Part shown: piece by piece, positions 1 through 12,300 of the stretch | How the letters are laid out: the number at the start of each line of letters is the position of its first letter | How positions within the stretch are numbered: the first letter of the stretch is position 1 | NCBI RefSeq assembly: GCF_009914755.1 | Contig: NC_060931.1 | DNA: 64,000 nt | From: the human T2T-CHM13v2.0 reference genome, Homo sapiens | Direction: 5' to 3' (one strand) | Program-made: the position numbers and the translations under genes | The notes under the pieces: generated by a model | What the model was told of the DNA's origin: nothing | Database searches by the model: none | Seen by the model: the letters and a program-made list of their open reading frames with translations, nothing else

Positions 1-49
1 ACACTCTGCTTGTTATGTCTGCAAGTGGATATTTGGACCTCTTTGAGGC

Positions 50-66
50 CTTCGTTGCAAACGGGG
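50..66 (+). other. CENP-B box 1 of the HOR (CTTCGTTGCAAACGGGG), repeated in every unit
   Basis: Matches the 9-bp core nTTCGnnnnAnnCGGGn of the 17-bp CENP-B box. Confidence 0.9.
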
Positions 67-391
67 TTTCTTCCTTTAATGCTAGACTAAGAAGAGTTCT
101 CATTAACTTTTTTGTGTTGTGTGTATTCAACTCACAGAGTTGAACCTTGCTTTAGAGAGAGCAGATTTGAAACACTCTCGCTGTGGAATTTTCAGGTGGA
201 GATTTCAAGCGATTTGAGGACAATTGCAGAAAAGGAAATATCTTCGTATAATAACCAGACAGAATCATTCTCAGAAAGTGCTTTGTGATGTGTGCGTTCA
301 ACTCACAGAGTTTAACCTTTCTTTTCATAGAGGAGTTTGGAAACACACTGTTTGTAAAGTCTGCAATTGGATATATGGACCTGTTTGAGGC

Positions 392-408
392 CTTCGTTGG
401 AAACGGGA
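392..408 (+). other. CENP-B box 2 of the HOR (CTTCGTTGGAAACGGGA, canonical)
   Basis: Exact canonical CENP-B box. The core is mutated (TCCG) in about 22 of 64 copies in the window. Confidence 0.95.
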
Positions 409-731
409 TTTCTTCATTGAATGCTAGACGGAAGAATTCTCAGTAAATTCTTTGTGTTGTGTGCATTCAACTCACAGAGTGGAACGTCCCTTTAGACAGA
501 GCAGATTTGAAACACTCTTTTTGCGGAATTTGCAAGTGGAGATTTCTAGCCATTTGATGCCAACAGTAGAAAGGGAAATATCTTCAAATAAAAACCAGAC
601 AGAATCATTCTCAGAAAATTCTTTGTGATGTGTGCGTTCAGCTCACATAGTTTAACCTTTCTTTTCATAGAGCAGTTTGGAAACACTCTGTTTGTAAAGT
701 CTGCAAGTGGATATATGGACCGCATTGAGGC

Positions 732-748
732 CTTCGTTGGAAACGGGA
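732..748 (+). other. CENP-B box 3 of the HOR (CTTCGTTGGAAACGGGA, canonical)
   Basis: Exact canonical CENP-B box, preceded by GGACCGCATTGAGG. Confidence 0.95.
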
Positions 749-1101
749 TTTCTTCATTTCATGCTAGACAGAAGAATTCTCAGTAACTTCCTTGTGCTGT
801 GTGTATTCAACTCACAGAGTGGAACGTCCCTTTGCACAGAGCAGATTTGAAACACTCTTTTTGTGGAGTTTGCAAGTGGAGATTTCAAGCGATTTGATGC
901 CAACAGTAGGAAAGGAAATATCTTCAAATAAAAACTAGACAGAATCATTCTCAGAAACTACTTTGTGATGTGTGCCTTCAACTCACAGAGTTTAACCTTT
1001 CTTTTCTTAGAGCAGTTTAGAAACACTCTGCTTGTTATGTCTGCAAGTGGATATTTGGACCTCTTTGAGGCCTTCGTTGCAAACAGGGTTTCTTCTTTAA
1101 T

Positions 1102-4100
1102 GCTAGACTAAGAAGAGTTCTCAGTAACTTTTTTGTGTTGTGTGTATTCAACTCACAGAGTTGAACCTTGCTTTAGAGAGAGCAGATTTGAAACACTCTG
1201 GCTGTGGCATTTTCAGGTGGAGATTTCAAGCGATTTGAGGACAATTGCAGAAACGGAAATATCTTCGTATAATAACCAGACAGAATCATTCTCAGAAAGT
1301 GCTTTGTGATGTGTGCGTTCAACTCACAGAGTTTAACCTTTCTTTTCATAGAGGAGTTTGGAAACACACTGTTTGTAAAGTCTGCAATTGGATATATGGA
1401 CCTGTTTGAGGCCTTCGTTGGAAACGGGATTTCTTCATTGAATGCTAGACGGAAGAATTCTCAGTAAATTCTTTGTATTGTGTGCATTCAACTCACAGAG
1501 TGGAACGTCCCTTTAGACAGAGCAGATTTGAAACACGCTTTTTGCGGAATTTGCAAGTGGAGATTTCTAGCCATTTGATGCCAACAGTAGAAAGGGAAAT
1601 ATCTTCAAATAAAAACCAGACAGAATCATTCTCAGAAAATTCTTTGTGATGTGTGCGTTCAACTCACATAGTTTAACCTTTCTTTTCATAGAGCAGTTTG
1701 GAAACACTCTGTTTGTAAAGTCTGCAAGTGGATATATGGACCGCATTGAGGCCTTCGTTGGAAACGGGATTTCTTCATTTCATGCTAGACAGAAGAATTC
1801 TCAGTAACTTCTTTGTGCTGTGTGTATTCAACTCACAGAGTGGAACGTCCCTTTACACAGAGCAGATTTGAAACACTCTTTTTGTGGAGTTTGCAAGTGG
1901 AGATTTCAAGCGATTTGATGCCAACAGTAGAAAAGGAAATATCTTCAAATAAAAACTAGACAGAATCATTCTCAGAAACTACTTTGTGATGTGTGCCTTT
2001 TACTCACAGAGTTTAACCTTTCTTTTCTTAGAGCAGTTTAGAAACACTCTGCTTGTTATGTCTGCAAGTGGATATTTGGACCTCTTTGAGGCCTTCGTTG
2101 CAAACGGGGTTTCTTCCTTTCATGCTAGACTAAGAAGAGTTCTCAGTAACTTTTTTGTGTTGTGTGTATTCAACTCACAGAGTTGAACCTTGCTTTAGAG
2201 AGAGCAGATTTGAAACACTCTTGCTGTGGCATTTTCAGGTGGAGATTTCAAGCGATTTGAGGACAATTGCAGAAAAGGAAATATCTTCGTATAATAACCA
2301 GACAGAATCATTCTCAGAAAGTGCTTTGTGATGTGTGCGTTCAACTCACAGAGTTTAACCTTTCTTTTCATAGAGGAGTTTGGAAACACACTGTTTGTAA
2401 AGTCTGCAATTGGATATATGGACCTGTTTGAGGCCTCCGTTGGAAACGGGATTTCTTCATTGAATGCTAGACGGAAGAATTCTCAGTAAATTCTTTGTGT
2501 TGTGTGCATTCAACTCACAGAGTGGAACGTCCCTTTAGACAGAGCAGATTTGAAACACTCTTTTTGCGGAATTTGCAAGTGGAGATTTCTAGCCATTTGA
2601 TGCCAACAGTAGAAAGGGAAATATCTTCAAATAAAAACCAGACAGAATCATTCTCAGAAAATTCTTTGTGATGTGTGCGTTCAACTCACATAGTTTAACC
2701 TTTCTTTTCATAGAGCAGTTTGGAAACACTCTGTTTGTAAAGTCTGCAAGTGGATATATGGACCGCATTGAGGCCTTCGTTGGAAACGGGATTTCTTCAT
2801 TTCATGCTAGACAGAAGAATTCTCAGTAACTTCTTTGTGCTGTGTGTATTCAACTCACAGAGTGGAACGTCCCTTTGCACAGAGCAGATTTGAAACACTC
2901 TTTTTGTGGAGTTTGCAAGTGGAGATTTCAAGCGATTTGATGCCAACAGTAGAAAAGGAAATATCTTCAAATAAAAACTAGACAGAATCATTCTCAGAAA
3001 CTACTTTGTGATGTGTGCCTTCAACTCACAGAGTTTAACCTTTCTTTTCTTAGAGCAGTTTAGAAACACTCTGCTTGTTATGTCTGCAAGTGGATATTTG
3101 GACCTCTTTGAGGCCTTCGTTGCAAACGGGGTTTCTTCCTTTCATGCTAGACTAAGAAGAGTTCTCAGTAACTTTTTTGTGTTGTGTGTATTCAACTCAC
3201 AGAGTTGAACCTTGCTTTAGAGAGAGCAGATTTGAAACACTCTTGCTGTGGCATTTTCAGGTGGAGATTTCAAGCGATTTGAGGACAATTGCAGAAAAGG
3301 AAATATCTTCGTATAATAACCAGACAGAATCATTCTCAGAAAGTGCTTTGTGATGTGTGCGTTCAACTCACAGAGTTTAACCTTTCTTTTCATAGAGGAG
3401 TTTGGAAACACACTGTTTGTAAAGTCTGCAAGTGGATATATGGACCTGTTTGAGGCCTTCGTTGGAAACGGGATTTCTTCATTGAATGCTAGACGGAAGA
3501 ATTCTCAGTAAATTCTTTGTGTTGTGTGCATTCAACTCACAGAGTGGAACGTCCCTTTAGACAGAGCAGATTTGAAACACTCTTTTTGCGGAATTTGCAA
3601 GTGGAGATTTCTAGCCATTTGATGCCAACAGTAGAAAGGGAAATATCTTCAAATAAAAACCAGACAGAATCATTCTCAGAAAATTCTTTGTGATGTGTGC
3701 GTTCAACTCACATAGTTTAACCTTTCTTTACATAGAGCAGTTTGGAAACACTCTGTTTGTAAAGTCTGCAAGTGGATATATGGACCGCATTGAGGCCTTC
3801 GTTGGAAACGGGATTTCTTCATTTCATGCTAGACAGAAGAATTCTCAGTAACTTCTTTATGCTGTGTGTATTCAACTCACAGAGTGGAACGTCCCTTTAC
3901 ACAGAGCAGATTTGAAACACTCTTTTTGTGGAGTTTGCAAGTGGAGATTTCAAGCGATTTTATGCCAACAGTAGAAAAGGAAATATCTTCAAATAAAAAC
4001 TAGACAGAATCATTCTCAGAAACTACTTTGTGATGTGTGCCTTCAACTCACAGAGTTTAACCTTTCTTTTCTTAGAGCAGCTTAGAAACACTCTGCTTGT

Positions 4101-7100
4101 TATGTCTGCAAGTGGATATTTGGACCTCTTTGAGGCCTTCGTTGCAAACGGGGTTTCTTCCTTTAATGCTAGACTAAGAAGAGTTCTCAGTAACTTTTTT
4201 GTGTTGTGTTTATTCAACTCACAGAGTTGAACCTTGCTTTAGAGAGAGCAGATTTGAAACACTCTCGCTGTGGCATTTTCAGGTGGAGATTTCAAACGAT
4301 TTGAGGACAATTGCAGAAAAGGAAATATCTTCGTATAATAACCAGACAGAATCATTCTCAGAAAGTGCTTTGTGATGTGTGCGTTCAACTCACAGAGTTT
4401 AACCTTTCTTTTCATAGAGGAGTTTGGAAACACACTGTTTGTAAAGTCTGCAATTGGATATATGGACCTGTTTGAGGCCTTCGTTGGAAACGGGATTTTA
4501 TCATATAATGATAGACGGAAGAATTCTCAGTAAATTCTTTGTGTTGTATGCATTCAATTCACAGAGTGGAACGTCCCTTTAGACAGAGCAGATTTGAAAC
4601 ACTCTTTTTGCGGAATTTGCAAGTGGAGATTTCTAGCCATTTGATGCCAACAGTAGAAAGGGAAATATCTTCAAATAAAAACCAGACAGAATCATTCTCA
4701 GAAAATTCTTTGTGATGTGTGCGTTCAACTCACATAGTTTAACCTTTCTTTTCATAGAGCAGTTTGGAAACACTCTGTTTGTAAAGTCTGCAAGTGGATA
4801 TATGGACCGCATTGAGGCCTTCGTTGGAAACGGGATTTCTTCATTTCATGCTAGACAGAAGAATTCTCAGTAACTTCTTTGTGCTGTGTGTATTCAACTC
4901 ACAGAGTGGAACGTCCCTTTACACAGAGCAGATTTGAAACACTCTTTTTGTGGAGTTTGCAAGTGGAGATTTCAAGCGATTTGATGCCAACAGTAGAAAA
5001 GGAAATATCTTCAAATAAAAACTAGACAGAATCATTCTCAGAAACTACTTTGTGATGTGTGCCTTCAACTCACAGAGTTTAACCTTTCTTTTCTTAGAGC
5101 AGTTTAGAAACACTCTGCTTCTTATGTCTGCAAGTGGATATTTGGACCTCTTTGAGGCCTTCGTTGCAAACGGGGTTTCTTCCTTTCATGCTAGACTAAG
5201 AAGAGTTCTCAGTAACTTTTTTGTGTTGTGTGTATTCAACTCACAGAGTTGAACCTTGCTTTAGAGAGAGCAGATTTGAAACACTCTGGCTGTGGCATTT
5301 TCAGGTGGAGATTTCAAGCGATTTGAGGACAATTGCAGAAACGGAAATATCTTCGTATAATAACCAGACAGAATCATTCTCAGAAAGTGCTTTGTGATGT
5401 GTGCGTTCAACTCACAGAGTTTAACCTTTCTTTTCATAGAGGAGTTTGGAAACACACTGTTTGTAAAGTCTGCAATTGGATATATGGACCTGTTTGAGGC
5501 CTTCGTTGGAAACGGGATTTCTTCATTGAATGCTAGACGGAAGAATTCTCAGTAAATTCTTTGTATTGTGTGCATTCAACTCACAGAGTGGAACGTCCCT
5601 TTAGACAGAGCAGATTTGAAACACGCTTTTTGCGGAATTTGCAAGTGGAGATTTCTAGCCATTTGATGCCAACAGTAGAAAGGGAAATATCTTCAAATAA
5701 AAACCAGACAGAATCATTCTCAGAAAATTCTTTGTGATGTGTGCGTTCAACTCACATAGTTTAACCTTTCTTTTCATAGAGCAGTTTGGAAACACTCTGT
5801 TTGTAAAGTCTGCAAGTGGATATATGGACCGCATTGAGGCCTTCGTTGGAAACGGGATTTCTTCATTTCATGCTAGACAGAAGAATTCTCAGTAACTTCT
5901 TTGTGCTGTGTGTATTCAACTCACAGAGTGGAACGTCCCTTTACACAGAGCAGATTTGAAACACTCTTTTTGTGGAGTTTGCAAGTGGAGATTTCAAGCG
6001 ATTTGATGCCAACAGTAGAAAAGGAAATATCTTCAAATAAAAACTAGACAGAATCATTCTCAGAAACTACTTTGTGATGTGTGCCTTTTACTCACAGAGT
6101 TTAACCTTTCTTTTCTTAGAGCAGTTTAGAAACACTCTGCTTGTTATGTCTGCAAGTGGATATTTGGACCTCTTTGAGGCCTTCGTTGCAAACGGGGTTT
6201 CTTCCTTTCATGCTAGACTAAGAAGAGTTCTCAGTAACTTTTTTGTGTTGTGTGTATTCAACTCACAGAGTTGAACCTTGCTTTAGAGAGAGCAGATTTG
6301 AAACACTCTTGCTGTGGCATTTTCAGGTGGAGATTTCAAGCGATTTGAGGACAATTGCAGAAAAGGAAATATCTTCGTATAATAACCAGACAGAATCATT
6401 CTCAGAAAGTGCTTTGTGATGTGTGCGTTCAACTCACAGAGTTTAACCTTTCTTTTCATAGAGGAGTTTGGAAACACACTGTTTGTAAAGTCTGCAATTG
6501 GATATATGGACCTGTTTGAGGCCTCCGTTGGAAACGGGATTTCTTCATTGAATGCTAGACGGAAGAATTCTCAGTAAATTCTTTGTGTTGTGTGCATTCA
6601 ACTCACAGAGTGGAACGTCCCTTTAGACAGAGCAGATTTGAAACACTCTTTTTGCGGAATTTGCAAGTGGAGATTTCTAGCCATTTGATGCCAACAGTAG
6701 AAAGGGAAATATCTTCAAATAAAAACCAGACAGAATCATTCTCAGAAAATTCTTTGTGATGTGTGCGTTCAACTCACATAGTTTAACCTTTCTTTTCATA
6801 GAGCAGTTTGGAAACACTCTGTTTGTAAAGTCTGCAAGTGGATATATGGACCGCATTGAGGCCTTCGTTGGAAACGGGATTTCTTCATTTCATGCTAGAC
6901 AGAAGAATTCTCAGTAACTTCTTTGTGCTGTGTGTATTCAACTCACAGAGTGGAACGTCCCTTTGCACAGAGCAGATTTGAAACACTCTTTTTGTGGAGT
7001 TTGCAAGTGGAGATTTCAAGCGATTTGATGCCAACAGTAGAAAAGGAAATATCTTCAAATAAAAACTAGACAGAATCATTCTCAGAAACTACTTTGTGAT

Positions 7101-9375
7101 GTGTGCCTTCAACTCACAGAGTTTAACCTTTCTTTTCTTAGAGCAGTTTAGAAACACTCTGCTTGTTATGTCTGCAAGTGGATATTTGGACCTCTTTGAG
7201 GCCTTCGTTGCAAACGGGGTTTCTTCCTTTCATGCTAGACTAAGAAGAGTTCTCAGTAACTTTTTTGTGTTGTGTGTATTCAACTCACAGAGTTGAACCT
7301 TGCTTTAGAGAGAGCAGATTTGAAACACTCTTGCTGTGGCATTTTCAGGTGGAGATTTCAAGCGATTTGAGGACAATTGCAGAAAAGGAAATATCTTCGT
7401 ATAATAACCAGACAGAATCATTCTCAGAAAGTGCTTTGTGATGTGTGCGTTCAACTCACAGAGTTTAACCTTTCTTTTCATAGAGGAGTTTGGAAACACA
7501 CTGTTTGTAAAGTCTGCAAGTGGATATATGGACCTGTTTGAGGCCTTCGTTGGAAACGGGATTTCTTCATTGAATGCTAGACGGAAGAATTCTCAGTAAA
7601 TTCTTTGTGTTGTGTGCATTCAACTCACAGAGTGGAACGTCCCTTTAGACAGAGCAGATTTGAAACACTCTTTTTGCGGAATTTGCAAGTGGAGATTTCT
7701 AGCCATTTGATGCCAACAGTAGAAAGGGAAATATCTTCAAATAAAAACCAGACAGAATCATTCTCAGAAAATTCTTTGTGATGTGTGCGTTCAACTCACA
7801 TAGTTTAACCTTTCTTTACATAGAGCAGTTTGGAAACACTCTGTTTGTAAAGTCTGCAAGTGGATATATGGACCGCATTGAGGCCTTCGTTGGAAACGGG
7901 ATTTCTTCATTTCATGCTAGACAGAAGAATTCTCAGTAACTTCTTTATGCTGTGTGTATTCAACTCACAGAGTGGAACGTCCCTTTACACAGAGCAGATT
8001 TGAAACACTCTTTTTGTGGAGTTTGCAAGTGGAGATTTCAAGCGATTTTATGCCAACAGTAGAAAAGGAAATATCTTCAAATAAAAACTAGACAGAATCA
8101 TTCTCAGAAACTACTTTGTGATGTGTGCCTTCAACTCACAGAGTTTAACCTTTCTTTTCTTAGAGCAGCTTAGAAACACTCTGCTTGTTATGTCTGCAAG
8201 TGGATATTTGGACCTCTTTGAGGCCTTCGTTGCAAACGGGGTTTCTTCCTTTAATGCTAGACTAAGAAGAGTTCTCAGTAACTTTTTTGTGTTGTGTTTA
8301 TTCAACTCACAGAGTTGAACCTTGCTTTAGAGAGAGCAGATTTGAAACACTCTCGCTGTGGCATTTTCAGGTGGAGATTTCAAACGATTTGAGGACAATT
8401 GCAGAAAAGGAAATATCTTCGTATAATAACCAGACAGAATCATTCTCAGAAAGTGCTTTGTGATGTGTGCGTTCAACTCACAGAGTTTAACCTTTCTTTT
8501 CATAGAGGAGTTTGGAAACACACTGTTTGTAAAGTCTGCAATTGGATATATGGACCTGTTTGAGGCCTTCGTTGGAAACGGGATTTTATCATATAATGAT
8601 AGACGGAAGAATTCTCAGTAAATTCTTTGTGTTGTATGCATTCAATTCACAGAGTGGAACGTCCCTTTAGACAGAGCAGATTTGAAACACTCTTTTTGCG
8701 GAATTTGCAAGTGGAGATTTCTAGCCATTTGATGCCAACAGTAGAAAGGGAAATATCTTCAAATAAAAACCAGACAGAATCATTCTCAGAAAATTCTTTG
8801 TGATGTGTGCGTTCAACTCACATAGTTTAACCTTTCTTTTCATAGAGCAGTTTGGAAACACTCTGTTTGTAAAGTCTGCAAGTGGATATATGGACCGCAT
8901 TGAGGCCTTCGTTGGAAACGGGATTTCTTCATTTCATGCTAGACAGAAGAATTCTCAGTAACTTCTTTGTGCTGTGTGTATTCAACTCACAGAGTGGAAC
9001 GTCCCTTTACACAGAGCAGATTTGAAACACTCTTTTTGTGGAGTTTGCAAGTGGAGATTTCAAGCGATTTGATGCCAACAGTAGAAAAGGAAATATCTTC
9101 AAATAAAAACTAGACAGAATCATTCTCAGAAACTACTTTGTGATGTGTGCCTTCAACTCACAGAGTTTAACCTTTCTTTTCTTAGAGCAGTTTAGAAACA
9201 CTCTGCTTCTTATGTCTGCAAGTGGATATTTGGACCTCTTTGAGGCCTTCGTTGCAAACGGGGTTTCTTCCTTTCATGCTAGACTAAGAAGAGTTCTCAG
9301 TAACTTTTTTGTGTTGTGTGTATTCAACTCACAGAGTTGAACCTTGCTTTAGAGAGAGCAGATTTGAAACACTCT
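1102..9375 (+). repeat. Tandem duplication of a 4-HOR (4088 bp) block
   Basis: Rare variants recur at offset 4088: CTCTGGCTG and GAAACGGAAAT (about 1200/5288), GCCTTTTACT (about 2000/6088), CTTTACATAG (about 3730/7818), TATCATATAATGATA (4499/8587), CTGCTTCTTA (about 5120/9208). Confidence 0.9.
2195..3216 (+). repeat. Example canonical 1022-bp six-monomer HOR unit (three dimers of 342/340/340 bp; start phase arbitrary)
   Basis: The marker TTAGAGAGAGCAGATTTG recurs at 2195 and 3217. Box spacing in the first unit (50, 392, 732, 1072) gives 342/340/340. Confidence 0.97.
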
Positions 9376-12300
9376 CGCTGTGGAATTTTCAGGTGGAGAT
9401 TTCAAGCGATTTGAGGACAATTGCAGAAAAGGAAATATCTTCGTATAATAACCAGACAGAATCATTCTCAGAAAGTGCTTTGTGATGTGTGCGTTCAACT
9501 CACAGAGTTTAACCTTTCTTTTCATAGAGGAGTTTGGAAACACACTGTTTGTAAAGTCTGCAATTGGATATATGGACCTGTTTGAGGCCTCCGTTGGAAA
9601 CGGGATTTCTTCATTGAATGCTAGACGGAAGAATTCTCAGTAAATTCTTTGTGTTGTGTGCATTCAACTCACAGAGTGGAACGTCCCTTTAGACAGAGCA
9701 GATTTGAAACACTCTTTTTGCGGAATTTGCAAGTGGAGATTTCTAGCCATTTGATGCCAACAGTAGAAAGGGAAATATCTTCAAATAAAAACCAGACAGA
9801 ATCATTCTCAGAAAATTCTTTGTGATGTGTGCGTTCAACTCACATAGTTTAACCTTTCTTTTCATAGAGCAGTTTGGAAACACTCTGTTTGTAAAGTCTG
9901 CAAGTGGATATATGGACCGCATTGAGGCCTTCTTTGGAAACGGGATTTCTTCATTTCATGCTAGACAGAAGAATTCTCAGTAACTTCTTTGTGCTGTGTG
10001 TATTCAACTCACAGAGTGCAACGTCCCTTTACACAGAGCAGATTTGAAACACTCTTTTTGTGGAGTTTGCAAGTGGAGATTTCAAGCGATTTTATGCCAA
10101 CAGTAGAAAAGGAAATATCTTCAAATAAAAACTAGACAGAATCATTCTCAGAAACTACTTTGTGATGTGTGCCTTCAACTCACAGAGTTTAACCTTTCTT
10201 TTCTTAGAGCAGCTTAGAAACACTCTGCTTGTTATGTCTGCAAGTGGATATTTGGACCTCTTTGAGGCCTTCGTTGCAAACGGGGTTTCTTCCTTTAATG
10301 CTAGACTAAGAAGAGTTCTCAGTAACTTTTTTGTGTTGTGTTTATTCAACTCACAGAGTTGAACCTTGCTTTAGAGAGAGCAGATTTGAAACACTCTCGC
10401 TGTGGCATTTTCAGGTGGAGATTTCAAACGATTTGAGGACAATTGCAGAAAAGGAAATATCTTCGTATAATAACCAGACAGAATCATTCTCAGAAAGTGC
10501 TTTGTGATGTGTGCGTTCAACTCACAGAGTTTAACCTTTCTTTTCATAGAGGAGTTTGGAAACACACTGTTTGTAAAGTCTGCAATTGGATATATGGACC
10601 TGTTTGAGGCCTTCGTTGGAAACGGGATTTTATCATATAATGATAGACGGAAGAATTCTCAGTAAATTCTTTGTGTTGTATGCATTCAACTCACAGAGTG
10701 GAACGTCCCTTTAGACAGAGCAGATTTGAAACACTCTTTTTGCGGAATTTGCAAGTGGAGATTTCTAGCCATTTGATGCCAACAGTAGAAAGGGAAATAT
10801 CTTCAAATAAAAACCAGACAGAATCATTCTCAGAAAATTCTTTGTGATGTGGGCATTCAACTCACATAGTTTAACCTTTCTTTTCATAGAGCAGTTTGGA
10901 AACACTCTGTTTGTAAAGTCTGCAAGTGGATACATGGACCGCATTGAGGCCTTCGTTGGAAACGGGATTTCTTCATTTCATGCTAGACAGAAGAATTCTC
11001 AGTAACTTCTTTGTGCTGTGTGTATTCAACTCACAGAGTGGAACGTCCCTTTACACAGAGCAGATTTGAAACACTCTTTTTGTGGAGTTTGCAAGTGGAG
11101 ATTTCAAGCGATTTGATGCCAACAGTAGAAAAGGAAATATCTTCAAATAAAAACTAGACAGAATCATTCTCAGAAACTACTTTGTGATGTGTGCCTTCAA
11201 CTCACAGAGTTTAACCTTTCTTTTCTTAGAGCAGTTTAGAAACACTCTGCTTGTTATGTCTGCAAGTGGATATTTGGACCTCTTTGAGGCCTTCGTTGCA
11301 AACGGGGTTTCTTCCTTTAATGCTAGACTAAGAAGAGTTCTCAGTAACTTTTTTGTGTTGTGTGTATTCAACTCACAGAGTTGAACCTTGCTTTAGAGAG
11401 AGCAGATTTGAAACACTCTCGCTGTGGAATTTTCAGGTGGAGATTTCAAGCGATTTGAGGACAATTGCAGAAAAGGAAATATCTTCGTATAATAACCAGA
11501 CAGAATCATTCTCAGAAAGTGCTTTGTGATGTGTGCGTTCAACTCACAGAGTTTAACCTTTCTTTTCATAGAGGAGTTTGGAAACACACTGTTTGTAAAG
11601 TCTGCAATTGGATATATGGACCTGTTTGAGGCCTCCGTTGGAAACGGGATTTCTTCATTGAATGCTAGACGGAAGAATTCTCAGTAAATTCTTTGTGTTG
11701 TGTGCATTCAACTCACAGAGTGGAACGTCCCTTTAGACAGAGCAGATTTGAAACACTCTTTTTGCGGAATTTGCAAGTGGAGATTTCTAGCCATTTGATG
11801 TCAACAGTAGAAAGGGAAATATCTTCAAATAAAAACCAGACAGAATCATTCTCAGAAAATTCTTTGTGATGTGTGCGTTCAACTCACATAGTTTAACCTT
11901 TCTTTTCATAGAGCAGTTTGGAAACACTCTGTTTGTAAAGTCTGCAAGTGGATATATGGACCGCATTGAGGCCTTCGTTGGAAACGGGATTTCTTCATTT
12001 CATGCTAGACAGAAGAATTCTCAGTAACTTCTTTGTGCTGTGTGTATTCAACTCACAGAGTGGAACGTCCCTTTACACAGAGCAGATTTGAAACACTCTT
12101 TTTGTGGAGTTTGCAAGTGGAGATTTCAAGCGATTTTATGCCAACAGTAGAAAAGGAAATATCTTCAAATAAAAACTAGACAGAATCATTCTCAGAAACT
12201 ACTTTGTGATGTGTGCCTTCAACTCACAGAGTTTAACCTTTCTTTTCTTAGAGCAGCTTAGAAACACTCTGCTTGTTATGTCTGCAAGTGGATATTTGGA

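Noticed and set aside
585-595. AATAAA and TATA-like motifs in each dimer
   Set aside because: Intrinsic to the alphoid consensus; nothing in the sequence supports promoter or polyadenylation use.
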